A stretch of DNA of 64,000 nucleotides from Octopus bimaculoides (taxonomy: Eukaryota): contig NC_068984.1 of assembly GCF_001194135.2 (NCBI RefSeq), forward strand, positions 24,126,325 through 24,190,324. The letters are read 5' to 3'. Position 1 is the first letter of the stretch. Every line of letters starts with the position of its first letter. The notes under the pieces were generated by a model. The model was not told the origin of the DNA and made no database searches. It worked only from the letters and a program-made list of their open reading frames with translations. Positions 51,370 to 64,000 of the stretch are shown piece by piece. The position numbers and the translations under genes were made by a program.

Positions 51370-52585
51370 ATTTTTGTGCCATGCTTGAGGAGACCTATTG
51401 ACTCAAGTAAAATCAAAATCAAAATCAAATCAAATCAAATGGAAATTGTAGTTGTGGCCAATGCCAGTGTTGCTTGACTGGCTCCCATGCTGGTGGCATG
51501 CAATTTAATTTAATTTATCAAAAATTAAGATTAAATTAAGTTTCACAGTATATAATATATAAATATATAATTTAGAGAAAAGAACTACAGTTCCTGAACT
51601 CATCCATGAAAATCCAGTCACATATAGAAAAATTTATTCATTTCTAGATGGAATGGGGATATCCTTCAAAGATGAATTTATATACTATATAAAACAATAG
51701 AATGATGCACGTGTGTGTGTTTTGATTCCTGAATTGCATGCAACTTACATTGTACATATACACTATTTCCAAAAAATGGACAACTCCCAAGAGCATAATT
51801 AGTACTGATTGAAGGAATTAGTTTCAAATGAGTACTGAAACCAAGTTCCTTCTGCCTGGTGACATGAAGGATAAAACCTTACTTTACACTAAATTCCATC
51901 TCTACTCTTCAACAGGAGTTCATCTTCTCATAAAATTTGTAAACATTGAGGAGTTAATAACAAATATCTGTCAAGTTATGAAATTTCTCCTAATTTGAAA
52001 TATAAGATCTAAATATTTTCGTTTTAAATTATGAATGTCAAACATGATGAACTCATGTCATTGTTGATCTCAGGTTTCTTAACAGTCATCAGTAAGGAAC
52101 TAAATCTGGTCTTATTTAAACTGAAATTTAACATGAAAAGAAAGGAGAGAAAGAGACAGACAGACTTAAAAGGAATTTTAATTTCTATAATGAAAAATAA
52201 ATATAGGGAATAAATTGTTTCCGCATTGTGAAGTGGTCTAAATAAAGGACTGTTTATTAAAGATTAATAACATTTTTAATATTGTTTTAATAAAAAGATT
52301 AATTTCCTTTATGGTATAAATTGTTTGTATTTGACATTTATTTTTAAGAAATGCTTCCAATAAAATGACGAACAAAGTAATGTAGATGGACAAAATAATT
52401 GCTAGAATACAACTATTAGAGGAGTGGAAGAGGGTAGCAGAAGAAAAGAATATGGAAAAATTTTATTTGTTAAACCATAATAGAAAATGTTAACAAAAAA
52501 TCCAAAAGGGAATAGATTATCAACCTATCAACCCTTTCCAATTCCTACAGCCAAATTAGTAATGTGTTTTGAATAAGCTTAACAA

Positions 52586-52817
52586 TATTTATTTCTTTAT
52601 TGTCCACAAGGGGCTAAACATAGAGGGGACAAACAAGGACAGACAAAGGGATTAAGTCGATTACATTGACCCCAGTGCGTAACTGGTACTTATTTAATCG
52701 ACCCCTGAAAGGATGAAAGGCAAAGTTGACCCCAGTGGAATTTGAACACAGAACATAGCAGCAGATGAAATATCGCTAAGCATTTTGCCTGAGGTGCTAA
52801 CGATTCTGCCAGCTCAC
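52586..52817 (-). mobile_element. SINE family C with TSD
   Basis: Reverse complement of the 40496 family. Flanked by AATAAGCTTAACAATATT (52572-52589) and AATAGCTTAAAAATATT (52823-52839). Confidence 0.88.
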
Positions 52818-52852
52818 TGCCCAATAGCTTAAAAATATTGAGAAGGGAGCTA

Positions 52853-53085
52853 GCGAGCTGGCAGAAACGTTAGCATGCCGGGCGAAATGCTTAGCAGTAT
52901 TTCATCTGCCGCTACATTCTGAATTCAAATTCCGCCGAGGTCGACTTAGCCTTTCATCCTTTCGGGGTCGATTAAATAAGTACCAGTTACGCACTGGGGA
53001 TCGATGTAATCGACTTAATCTCTTTGTCTGTCCTTGTTTGTCCTTTCTCTGTTTAGCCCCCCCCCCCCGTGGATAATAAAGAATT
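52853..53085 (+). mobile_element. SINE family C with 16-bp TSD
   Basis: AAATATTGAGAAGGGA at 52833-52848 and 53086-53101. Confidence 0.9.
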
Positions 53086-53999
53086 AAATATTGAGAAGGG
53101 AATCATTTGTCATGGAATTTCATACTTTTCTATATTACAGCTGGGGAAGTCATGTATTTCTTCTTCCGTAAGACACCTACTCCTGTCTCTTCATCATAAC
53201 TTCATCACCTTTTCTACAATACTCTCACTTGTACTTGGAAATCTCACTGATGCTAGTGCCACAAAAAAAGCACTCAATACATTCTGCAAAGAGGTTAGCA
53301 TTAGGAAGGGCATCCAGCTGTGGAAAGCATGCCAAAACAGATATTAGAGCTTGGCACAATCCTCTGGCTTGTCAGTTCCTGTTAAAGCTGTCCAACCCAT
53401 GCCAGCATGAAAAATGGACATTAAACAATGATGATGATGATGTTGTCGTTGTTGTTGGTGATGATGGTGGTGATGACAACTGTTTAGGATTACACCCAAA
53501 ACAAACTGGGGAAAAACCCCACTATTACAAAATTTTAATGCTTGCTTTGTTTCTGTTTCAGAAAAAATTAAATCTATAATCCCAAAAGACTTCTTAGCAT
53601 CTCCTGATTAATACATAAAAATAAAAGATTTGAGTTTTCAAAGGTCTCCTAATGAATACCTAAATTATCAATATATAGAAAAAAAAATTATTTTCCAATT
53701 TATTTATGGGTAAAGGATATGCTTGATGCAAGAAATTATTATCACCAGATTTTATAATTGCTTACATACAATAATGTTGTTGAAATGTAAAGACTTCTCA
53801 GAGCTCATCTAAGATTTAAATTTTATCATTTCCTTCTTATAAGAGCATCATATCTGAAGTGTCAAGAATAATCAAAAATAGTGTTATGGCATGAGGAGTG
53901 GTTTTAAAACACACAGATAAGGAAATTTCAGAGTCAGTTTGTTATTATTTTAAGAACAGAGAGGGGTTTTGGAATCATAAAACTACTCATTGGTTTAAT

Positions 54000-55800
54000 A
54001 AAGAGTTCAACCACCATTGACTTTTACTCTGACTGGCTCTGCTGACAGGTGAAGAAGAGCTGTTCAGTGCCAGTGCTAGTAATAGATATTCAGTCAAGAA
54101 ACTAACACCTTAACTTTAAGAGTATTGCGATGCCTTAATTTATAAGAACATCTGCAAATGTCTTCCCTATTTTCTAAGCATGTTTTATATTGCTTCAAGT
54201 AATCAATGAAAGAATTGGAACCATTCTTGGATGAAGTAGTATATTCTCAGCCTTCTGGCTGAATGTCAATGCTTGATATCTAATCATGAGAATTTAGCTG
54301 TAAACAAGACTGATGGGAAGAAACAGCTTATTGCTTTAAGTAACAAGGTCATTGCATTACTGTAAAGTTTTTCATTAACATGCAATTCTGAGTTTGAAAT
54401 CCTGCCATGGATAGGGGGAAAAGCAACAACAACGAAAATAGTATGTGTTCATAAGCTCTGCTTTTTGTTTCTTTCAGTGTCAGGAATGATTCTGATTAGA
54501 GCTGTTAGTGCTAGTAAAAGTAGCTTCTGGCTCCTGAAGAATAAGCATAGTTTTTGGGGTGCAGCTTTTGAAATTGTATATGTATTAAGAAATGTTGTGT
54601 GTGTCGGTGTGTGATCACAATGAGAGATTATCTGAGTTAGTACAGCTTAAATTTGTAGCAACTTTTAAGACTAACTTTGTGCTAGTAATGTGTTGAGACT
54701 GTTTCCTTTCCTCATGAATTAAGATTGTCATTGTGACATTAAAGAAGACAAAATTATGTCTCCACTGGAGGATGTTTTCAAGATACCTACTTGTGAAAGT
54801 AGTGCATAATTCACATAAGCTGTTGTATGCTGATGCTATAACTGTGTGAAAGGTTTTAAAAAATCTTTGAAGGCTAGTATCATCTATGTCAAAAGCAGAT
54901 TTGATAGGATGCAAGCTGTTTGACAGAAAAACTTCCAATCAGAGAAATAGGAACTGGAGAAGGTGTATATCTCTTAGATAGGATTCTATACCAAGTATCA
55001 AATGCTTTGCTTATATCAAGTGAGACAACATTACTTTTACTGAAATGCTTCAGGGTGAGGGGCCAATGGTGCATGAAGTAGGCAAGCAAGTTTCCACTAC
55101 ATCTGACTCTATGAAAGTTGTATTTGTGACCACAGAGAGAAAAGACAGAAATTTAAAGTGACAAAGGAGACATTGTTTATAACTGTTTCTATCGTCTTTA
55201 CAAGTGTTTGGAAGTGAAAGCAATATGGCAGGGGCATAAAGAATGCCCTTTGTGCAAATGTAACACATTTTGTGTGCTTTCATAATTAAGGATATATACG
55301 AGGGGGTGCTGAAAAGTTCTTGGCTTTAAGGGTGTCACGAAAGACCTGGTTGGGGGCCCAACCTTCCAAGTTCTTTTACAGTGCTTAGAAAAACTGAAGG
55401 ACCACTGCAATAAGCGTGTGAATCTGAGAGAGTAATATGTTGAATAAAATCACAATTAACTGATCCTCATCAGCGCTCCCTCATATATCAGTAGAAAAAG
55501 AAAGACTGAAGCTAACTCTGAAGTACAGTGAAAATAATAGAAGAAAACACCATCAGGACTGGTTGCCTTACTAAACTGAAATGATCCCAGTTTTCAGTCT
55601 TTGTAACCAGACATTTGTGGTGGTGAGACCAATGGAGAAGAGAAGAAAAATTTTGGAGTATTTGCAGTGTGAAGTGGAAAGAAATCTAGTCAGAAAATAA
55701 GGAGGTTTTAACAAAAATGTCATCTTGACTGTAGAGTTGTGGGTAGGAAGATTTTGCGAAGTTATAAGAGACCCTCTTAGCAAGGGACCAGAAAGTTAAG
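54000..55800 (-). mobile_element. Degenerate CR1/Jockey-superfamily LINE RT region, interrupted by a MITE
   Basis: VVSLDISKAFDTW (RT motif LDISKAFD) at ~55000; boundaries approximate. Confidence 0.65.
55299..55483 (+). mobile_element. Mariner-derived MITE (~185 bp)
   Basis: TA|CGAGGGGGTGCTGA ... TCAGCGCTCCCTCA|TA; retains the transposase C-terminus LEKLKDHCNKRVNLRE*YVE*. Confidence 0.8.
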
Positions 55801-56629
55801 ACATCATTTGAAAGACTTTCAGATAACATTATTCTTAAAAGTATCCTTTGCTTTCTTGGTGGTTGTCTGGTAGTTATGATGATAATAGGTTAACATCATT
55901 CAGTTATATTGTAGATGAATTCTATAAGAATTATAGCATAAATGCTAGGACTAATTCAAATGTCTGCTAAGCATATCACAATCAACCAAATTCTTACAAG
56001 GAAATGGAAGCTATATTTTAGTTGCTGGCCAATTACATGTTCTTTTGTTAAATATAGCTTCCTACTGAGGATTAGTTGGTGGTTGGAAATAAGTTTATTT
56101 TAATTAGGTTCCTACTTGGTGCAATTTCAATAGTTTCTTGATCAGACAGAACAAAATCTTTTGTCTGTCTAATCAACAGACTTGTAGTGAAAGGTTTAAA
56201 ATAGCAGTATTGGGTCACTGTACTAAATGAGTGTTGACCTCCAAGATCTGCCAGATAGAAATTGGTAAATGACTGTTCTAGGACATAAACTGTAAAGATC
56301 AGAATATTTAATGACACCAGTAATTAACAAGAGAAAAGAACCACTAACTGAGAAAGACAGAAAGAGAGAATGGGTGAATGGGGGGGGGTCTAAATAAAGT
56401 TGTAATTAAGCGGGTAGATTGATATTTAGCCAGATAGATAAATACACAAACAAAACATATATGGAGACGAAGCTACTTAATGGACTAAGTTAAGAAAGTA
56501 CACTTAATAATAAGATAATAACAGAAAATTCGATGGTGCTGGTAGTGGCATTGACAGAGACTGAAATATGAACTGGTTATCAGATTTAATGCTTTATTCA
56601 GCTTAATACTTGCTAATAATTTTCATATT

Positions 56630-57040
56630 GGTGTAGGAGTGTCTGTGTGGTAAGTCGTTTGCTTACCAACGACATGGCTCCTGGTTTAGTCCCACCTGCA
56701 TGATACCTTGGATAGGTGTCTTCTACTATAGCCTCAGGCCAACCAAAGCCTTGTGAGTGGATTTGGTAGGTGGAAACTGAAAAAAGCCCGTCATATATAT
56801 AAATATATGTATGCATGTGTGTGTATATGTTTGTGTGTCAGTGTTTGTCCCCCTCCCCCAACATTGCTTGACAACCAATGCCGGTGTATTAACGTCCCTG
56901 TAACTTAGCGGTTCGGCAAAAGCGACCGATAGAATAAGTACTAGGCTTACAAAGAATAAGTCCTGGGGTCGATTTGCTCGACTATAAAGGCAGTGCTCCA
57001 GCATGACCACAGTCAAATGACTGAAACAAGTAAAAGAGTA
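56630..57040 (+). mobile_element. SINE family A, full length
   Basis: Same as 25368. Confidence 0.9.
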
Positions 57041-58469
57041 TATCTGTTAATCTGTAAATACTTTTTTTTATATAAAAAAGAAATACAAATGATAAAAAAC
57101 AAAAAAAGAGGATTATTCTATTCATCATAAGGGTTCATAGTTAATATCTCATAATTGTTACATAGCTAAATCATTTACCTTTCCATGGATCAATCCATCT
57201 GGTAGTAAATAGGGACCATGGGTTAGTGTACTTAACAGAGGTCAACAATAAGTGGTGCTGAACTGAAATAGACAGACTTGTCTTATTAGGAGTTCAAACC
57301 CAAACCATGTTTATAATTTTTTTTTTCTTTAAAAGAGGGGTAGGTACCTGCTAGTATCTGCTAGTATCTGCTGCTACCATCAACAAGACTAGAACTCCCT
57401 TGTTCAACAACTGAGATGGCTATATATTGAACCAATAATAAACATTGCAAAATGTTTGTAGAAATATATGTGCACAATAAAATGTATCTAAAGCCTCAAA
57501 CATTCTTTTCTACCCCAGGTGAATGTTTAAGCATTTCAAAGATCAGTAAAAAGCACCCTTCGCCCCCATATCCCACCCACCCACCAGCACAAAAAAAAAA
57601 AAAAAAAAAAAAAAAGAAAACATTTTCTTCCATCAAGTAATTCTGAACAGTGCTCTGTAAATCCATGAATCTACAGCAGCAGATGATGATGATGACGATG
57701 GTGGTGGTGGTGGTCGTCGTCGTCGTTGTCATCGTCGTTATCATCATCATTTAATTCTGTTCCTCTTATTTGCTACACGTACGCAGTCCATTGTGATAGT
57801 GAAATCAATCCAGTCCGAGTTATACAGTACAAAAAAGGATAAATGAAAGGAAAAAGAAGAAGACCAGCGAATAATTCGATAACAACAAATGATAAACGAG
57901 GCCAAGCTGTACTGTCCTGTTTACAATGTAATTAGTTTTACTAGATTTTACTGATTTATCATGGTAACGAAAGCAAACAATGATGATGAAATAAAATAAC
58001 AAAAGTGATAAAATCAAGCAGGTTTACTGCCTAATTAAGAACTGAGTAACAATAAAACAGTAAATTAGAAACAGTCACAGCAACTTACAGCTAATATACT
58101 GACATAGAATCTGTTAGTTATATCAATTAATAAATAATCATGTGTAAACCTTGATCTTAACTGAGGATGGATAGGGTGTTGGTTGTTGAGAGATGTTTCT
58201 ACTGTTCATATCCCTGTCCCCAGTACAATGGTTACTATCTATACCTAAAGCATTTCATTCATGCTAGCTTAGTTCATCTAGGTGTGAAAATGTACCAAGA
58301 GCCAAAAGCTGTTTTCTGTAATAACCCATAGTATCTTTATAACGAATGATCTCTAATATTGCCATAAAGTCATAAACATTTGTCTAGATGTAGAAACAAA
58401 TAATTTTATTCAACACTAACAATTTTACCAATCCACTACCCTTTAATAATGATAATAATAATAACAAAA

Positions 58470-58507
<38 letters not shown>

Positions 58508-58851
58508 AATAAGAGCACTCTGAGAGTGCAAACCTCCACCCTAGCAAAAAAGTCCTCTCAATGGTTAGCTGGGGATGATTTTTAAAATGAGAATATCTGA
58601 AATAAACTCAACTGCTCTCACAAATGCGAATACTAAAAATGAACCCAACCGTTCTCAAAAATTAATTATTTTTCCATTTAGGAAAAATAATCCAGAATAC
58701 TTGTCTGGTACCAGATCAATTCCAAAATCTAATCAATTCCTGCCAGTCATGAGGCCAAACATCCAGCGGTTCTTGAGATATCTTGTCCATGGAAAACAAA
58801 CAAACACAACTGAAAACAATTCCTCTGTCTTCGCTAAGGCAGAGGTAATAA
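58508..58851 (+). mobile_element. Non-autonomous Helentron-like (HINE/DINE-1-type) element, copy 1
   Basis: Subterminal inverted repeats ACCTCCACCCTAGC / GCTAAGGCAGAGGT, ends GGTAATAA. Confidence 0.55.
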
Positions 58852-59065
58852 TTTTTTCCACTATGGGCACAAGGTGTGAAATTTGAGGGAAGGGACTCCT
58901 TGACTACATTGACCCCAGTGTTCAGCTGGTACTTATTATATTGCCACTGAAAGGATGAAAAGTATAAGTCAACTTTAGCGCATTCTGAACTGAAAACATA
59001 AAGACAAACAAAATGCCACTAAGTATTTTGTCCAGCATGCTAGCAATCTTGCCAGCTTGCTGCCT

Positions 59066-59076
59066 TAATAATAATA

Positions 59077-59143
<67 letters not shown>

Positions 59144-59167
59144 TAAAAATAAAAATAAAAATAATAA
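59066..59167. repeat. (AAT)n microsatellite; (GAT)n at ~58469-58506
   Basis: Directly visible. Confidence 0.95.
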
Positions 59168-59177
59168 CAACAACAAC

Positions 59178-59546
59178 AACAAGAACACTCAGAGAGCGCA
59201 AACCTCCACCAAGGCAACACCAACGTCCTCTCAACGATTATCCAGAGATAATTTTTAAAATGGAAATATCTAAAATAAACATGACTGCTCTCACAGACAA
59301 GAATACTAAAACTGAACCTGACCGCTCTCAAAAATTAAGCGAAAAAAACAGGAAAAATAATCCAGAATCCTTGTCCAGTACTGGATTGATCCCAGAATCT
59401 AATCAGTTTGTGCCAGTCACGAGGCCAAACATCCCTGAAAGTTTCATCCGAATCCATCCAGTGGCTCTTCAGATACCTTGTCCATGGAAAACAAACAAAC
59501 ACGACTGAAAACAATACCGCTGCCTTTGCTAAGGTGGAGGTAATAA
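59178..59546 (+). mobile_element. Non-autonomous Helentron-like element, copy 2
   Basis: AACAAGAACACTCAGAGAGCGCAAACCTCCACCAAGG ... GCTAAGGTGGAGGTAATAA; collinear with copy 1. Confidence 0.6.
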
Positions 59547-59689
59547 TGATTTCTGTATCAACCACAAGGGTTTACATTAAGAAAATCATCATGGACAGCA
59601 CAGGACAAAACAAAGAATCTGTGAGTATGTGTGTGACTGTGTGTTGTTGTGGGGGTTTTGCATGTAAATAAGACTAACAAAATAATTTT

Positions 59690-60073
59690 TAAAAATTGCT
59701 ATTGTGAAGAGACAAAACAAACAAGCCTGATAATTGACAGAGCATGTCCAGGTGACAACAGGATTGAAGAGAAAGAAGAAGACTAAGTGAACAACCATGT
59801 TGAATGAATGTGATACCGATAGTGAGTGGTGCAATTGGAAGTATCAGTACATAACTACCAACACACCTTAAAAAGATTGGAACTTATGTAAAGAAAGAAC
59901 ACCTACAAAAACCATCATTGCTTGGAACTGCAAATGTTCTCTCCAGGGTTCTTGAAGTATGATCAGTAAACAAGTTTCACCTTTGCTTGCTGTGGACAAA
60001 TGACACTTTCCATTACACACAGCAAAATAAAGCTGAAATTTTTTTTTATTATAATAATAATAATAATAATAAT
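59690..60073 (+). mobile_element. R4/Dong-like LINE 3' end with (TAA)n tail
   Basis: LIIDRACPGDNRIEEKE, VIPIVSGAIG, EHLQKPSLLGTANVLSRVLEV* (RLE domain end), then (TAA)n. Confidence 0.8.
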
Positions 60074-60417
60074 ACCAGGAAACCCCAAAATAGAAGAAAT
60101 TTAAAAAAATAGTGTTCATGGGAACTGCTTATATCCTATGAAAAGTATTGTCTATGTGATTCTAAAAACATCTTAATCTATAAACATTATCAAAAGTACT
60201 TTTAAATGTAATATTAGCAAACACCTTCTACTGTCATCTTACCATCAAATTACTTTTAAAACAAACTTTTAATCTTCTTATGTTTTAACAGACATTCTTT
60301 AGAACAATACTCTGTACAAAATCAAAAATATGGCACTTTTAGTCACAATACCAACTTGAACTTTTAACTTGTCTCTTGAGGTCTCTGGGTGAGGCTTGGA
60401 GTCAACTTGTACAAATA

Positions 60418-60450
<33 letters not shown>

Positions 60451-60476
60451 CCAAACATATAATAATAATAGTAATG
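60074..60476 (+). mobile_element. Second R4/Dong-like 3' end (different subfamily)
   Basis: PGNPKIEEI*KIVFMGTAYIL*KVLSM*, then a 3' UTR ending in (TAA)n. Confidence 0.6.
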
Positions 60477-62519
60477 GCTTCAAATTTTTGCACAAAGCCA
60501 GTGATTTCCGGGGAAAGTTTAAGTCGATTATATTGACCCCTGTACTAAACTGGTACTTATTTTATTGACCCCAAAAAGATGAAATGCAAAGTTGACCTTG
60601 ATACAACAGCAACAATATCAATAATAAAGATAAATCTTACTAATTTTAGCACAAGGTCAGCAGTTTTGAAGGAAGGGGACAAGTTGATTACATCGATCCC
60701 TCTACTTGACAGGGACTTTATCAACCTCAGAGAGATTAAAGTTAAGCTGACTCTGGATCGATTTGAATTTAGAATGTCAAACAACCACAAAAAAATGCTA
60801 CTAATCATTTTGTCCAATACATCAATGATTCTGCCAGCTTACCACCTCTATATTAATAAAAGTGAAATTCTGTCAGTCTGTCTGGGACCCCAGGGACCTC
60901 AGTCTACATTTGCTCTACATAGACATATTATACTTTTTGGAATAGGGATGAACCCAGGACTGAAAATCTGCCCTTCATTTGGTTCTTGGACATCCAGCAT
61001 TGAGATCAGATTTAAAAGCATTTGGGTTGCTATTTCTAGCAGGCAAAGCTTGGCCGATTCATGCCATCTTGGTTGGCATTTGTCAGATGATGTTAGAGAT
61101 CAAGGGGGAGATAAATGACATTCATGTTGTTAATTTTATGTCAGGGATAAAAACTTTGTGACAAATTGGCCAACAGTTGGGATTCAACTTGGGACTGGAA
61201 CAATAGAATGATTGCATTACAGAATTAATTCTCATCTGTCCTTAACCTTTGATCAAACACCACCGGGGCACATAGTCATTATAGATGTATTATAGTCATG
61301 CTATCTAGCTCTCCCTAGTTTTGGGTGACAAGCCAAATTAGCTCTCCATAGGAGCCAGCTTAAAAGTCCTCATAGAGTGTGGCTTTTAAGTTAGTTAATA
61401 ATAAGTCCCAATTCTGTACCACAGATAAGTGAACAGTAGTAGGGAGCAGGAAGGGCATCCAACTGTTGAAAATTTTTTCTCCTGCATAAAAACCATTGCA
61501 ACTAGGCAAACTTAGGAAAAAATGCATGTGAATAAGTAACAATGTGTACCTGTAAGTTGTGTGTATGTGTGTGTGTGTGCATCAATGTTTTAGTAACCAT
61601 TTTTAAAAGGCAGAAAACTGTTGGGTGTGTCTGCAATATAGAATATCCTCATTCCTCTAAATCATGTATTATCTCATCTGAGCTATAATTAACAGATAAG
61701 ACTGTTTACAAAAACAAAATTCAACAATAATGCAGGTGTAGCTGTAGGCATAGCTCTGCATGTAAGTTTGTTTTACAACCATCTGGCTCAAGGTTTGATC
61801 TCATTCAACAGTATTTTGATCAAGTCTTCTACCATAGCCTCAATTTTATTAAAGCCTTGTTTATAAACACACGAACATTCAGGAGAAGGAAACTGTAAGG
61901 AAGCTCATTTCATGTGTATGCATACACACACACACACATATATAGAGAGAGAGTGGTCGAATAAGATATCAAAATGAATTATATATATTTGACTAATACT
62001 GTGTTTATCCATCAGTTCTGCTGTTGTTCTTAAATTTACTTCAAAGTTATATATAAAGTTAAATTAACACAAACACACACACATTAACAGGATATATACA
62101 CAAATAGATATATTAACAGGATGTATATATGAACAAGTCGACTAATGTTAAGGTCAGCTATTCATGTTTAGACAACATTGCTTCTAACTTTGCACACTAC
62201 AAATGAAGCTAACACTCATCTACACAATCTCCATCCCTACCATAGTCCACTGACAGGTCTTGCCTCTTGAAAGCCGTGGTCTTTAGAGCCACCCTCCCAC
62301 CATCAGATGGTATTATGAAATGCTATACAAGTATGGCAGCCACAACTTCACCTCTCAGTTCATCAGAACACTCTTGGACACATCAAATGGAGTAAGCTGT
62401 CTGTTTTGCATGGTTTCTATGGCTGGATGCTCTTCCTAACACCAACCACTTTACAGAGTGTACTGGATGCATTTTTTGTAACACCAGTACTAGTGAAGAA
62501 TTGTTTACAACTTGCAAGA

Positions 62520-63300
62520 GAAAGAACATAAAGGGGCTCCTTCAACTGAGGGAGAACAGAAGAGAGAAGATGCAATGATTCTAAGCATGAAAATGAGGGA
62601 AGGTAAAGCCAGGCGAGAAGAATAAAACCATGGATATGATAAGATGGTAGAGGTGAAAGTAACAGAACAGCAGAATAGACACTGATTAGGGGAGGGAACA
62701 AGGGAAAGGGAAGGGATTAGTGTTAAAGAAAAGAAGTGGGCAGAATAGAAAAGTAACTTTCACTCTGTAAGGGATTGTGTGGGGAGGTTTAGGGCTATTG
62801 AATATTACAAGGGTGAGTATGAACAGAAGGTGCGAGGGAAAGAGCACAGGGAGAGAAAACTAGACTAGAATGGTGAAAAATCCCTAGAGAGTAACTGAAG
62901 GAAAGGAAGGTGTGGGAGTTGTGGGAGTAGGCCAGAGAGAAAGGGAAGGGGAAAGAAAGTGTTGAAGAGATGGAGAAGCTTTGATGAGAGGCAGTGAAGG
63001 AAAATGAGGCAGGAGGTAGGGACCCTTAGGTGAGTGCAGTGTAAGCAATGCAAGAAAGTGATGCTGGATGGGACCATCAAAGTAGAGGGAAAGAAGAGCA
63101 GTGTGTAAATGCAGAGAAAGCATCCTAGATGAGGAAGCTGAGGAAAGAAGATGGTGAGAAAAAGAAGAGTAGAAGGGAGCAATAGATGGATACAGCTTGA
63201 GCAATGAGAGAAATAAAGGCTTAAGAGGCATTGGCATAAAACATTGCAAGTACCAAAAGGTATTTATGTCATTAAGTGAGAAGTAACTCTCCAAAAGGGA
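62520..63300 (-). mobile_element. Purine-rich degenerate retroelement fragment, possibly Penelope-like
   Basis: Strongly strand-biased GA-rich segment with only weak protein resemblance; class uncertain. Confidence 0.3.
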
Positions 63301-64000
63301 CATAACTCACTGAATTCAAACATTCAATAAAATATGAGGTTGGTGTAATTGTGTAATTGACTAAAATCCTTTGAAGGTGATACTACAACATGGCTTCAGT
63401 CTTGTGCTAATAATATTTTATCTGTAACATTGATTTCATATTTTGGCACAAGGCCAGCAATTTTGTGGGAGGGAGTAAGTCATTTACATTGACCCCAGTG
63501 CTCAACTGGTACTTATTTTATGGCCCCCAAAATGATGAAAGTTAAAGTCGACCTCAGCAGTATTTGAACTTAGAATGTAAAGACGGACAAAATGTCACTA
63601 AATATTTTGCTTGGTGAGCTGACCATTCTACCAGCTCACTATTCCATTTTATCTGTAATATTGAAATTTAACCTTTCATGAGTCAGATGTTTCACAGAGA
63701 CTCGTTTAGCAACTTAGCTTATGCAGAGCTATTGGAGTACCACCAATACAGATTGGGGTAAGAATGGCTTAATTTCACAGCTCAAATACATATGGCTATA
63801 TATTTATATATTTATGACTTGTTTACTTCCTAAGTTGCCAATGTTAATAGCTGAAGTCCATTACTGCCACCAGTTTGGCAAGGAGAAAAGAATGAATCAT
63901 AATGAATTATTAAACAATGAGGAGAGTTGAAGGCTTAGTGCTCTTCCTCTTCTGCTGCAAAAGATCCCATTAGCTTAATTTCACAAAGAAATGAAATATG

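Noticed and set aside
57496-58017. CpG-containing segment with short ORFs as a possible first exon of the SOCS gene
   Set aside because: The ORFs are trinucleotide-repeat artefacts and no convincing donor was found
60579-61118. 179-aa plus-strand ORF
   Set aside because: Runs through two antisense SINE C copies; no protein-like features

Overview
AT-rich, repeat-dense eukaryotic DNA with four N gaps. The SINE/LINE repertoire points to a coleoid cephalopod, most likely Octopus; this is inferred from repeat recognition, not a database search. Most of the window is intron or intergenic sequence filled with tRNA-derived SINEs, RTE, RLE (R4/Dong-like) and CR1/Jockey-like LINE fragments, a mariner element, MITEs and microsatellites. 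Two protein-coding genes are partly visible, both on the minus strand. The first is a spliced gene (exon 33974-33769 joined in phase to terminal exon 24342-23216) encoding a ~410-425 aa beta-propeller-like protein with a C-terminal SOCS box. The second is an unidentified gene whose probable first coding exon is 641-472. The most unusual observation is that the 33974-33769 exon appears to carry two reading frames. A G/C-ending-codon-rich upstream ORF stops at a TGA that overlaps an in-frame ATG of the SOCS-box ORF (TGATG), suggesting a bicistronic or stop-restart transcript. Other notable structures are a 5S rRNA copy abutting a tRNA-SINE head, a solo LTR nested in a mariner, a nested foldback in the SOCS-gene intron, and a hammerhead-like core inside a palindrome. 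Nearly all other ORF-track entries are repeat-, microsatellite- or gap-derived.
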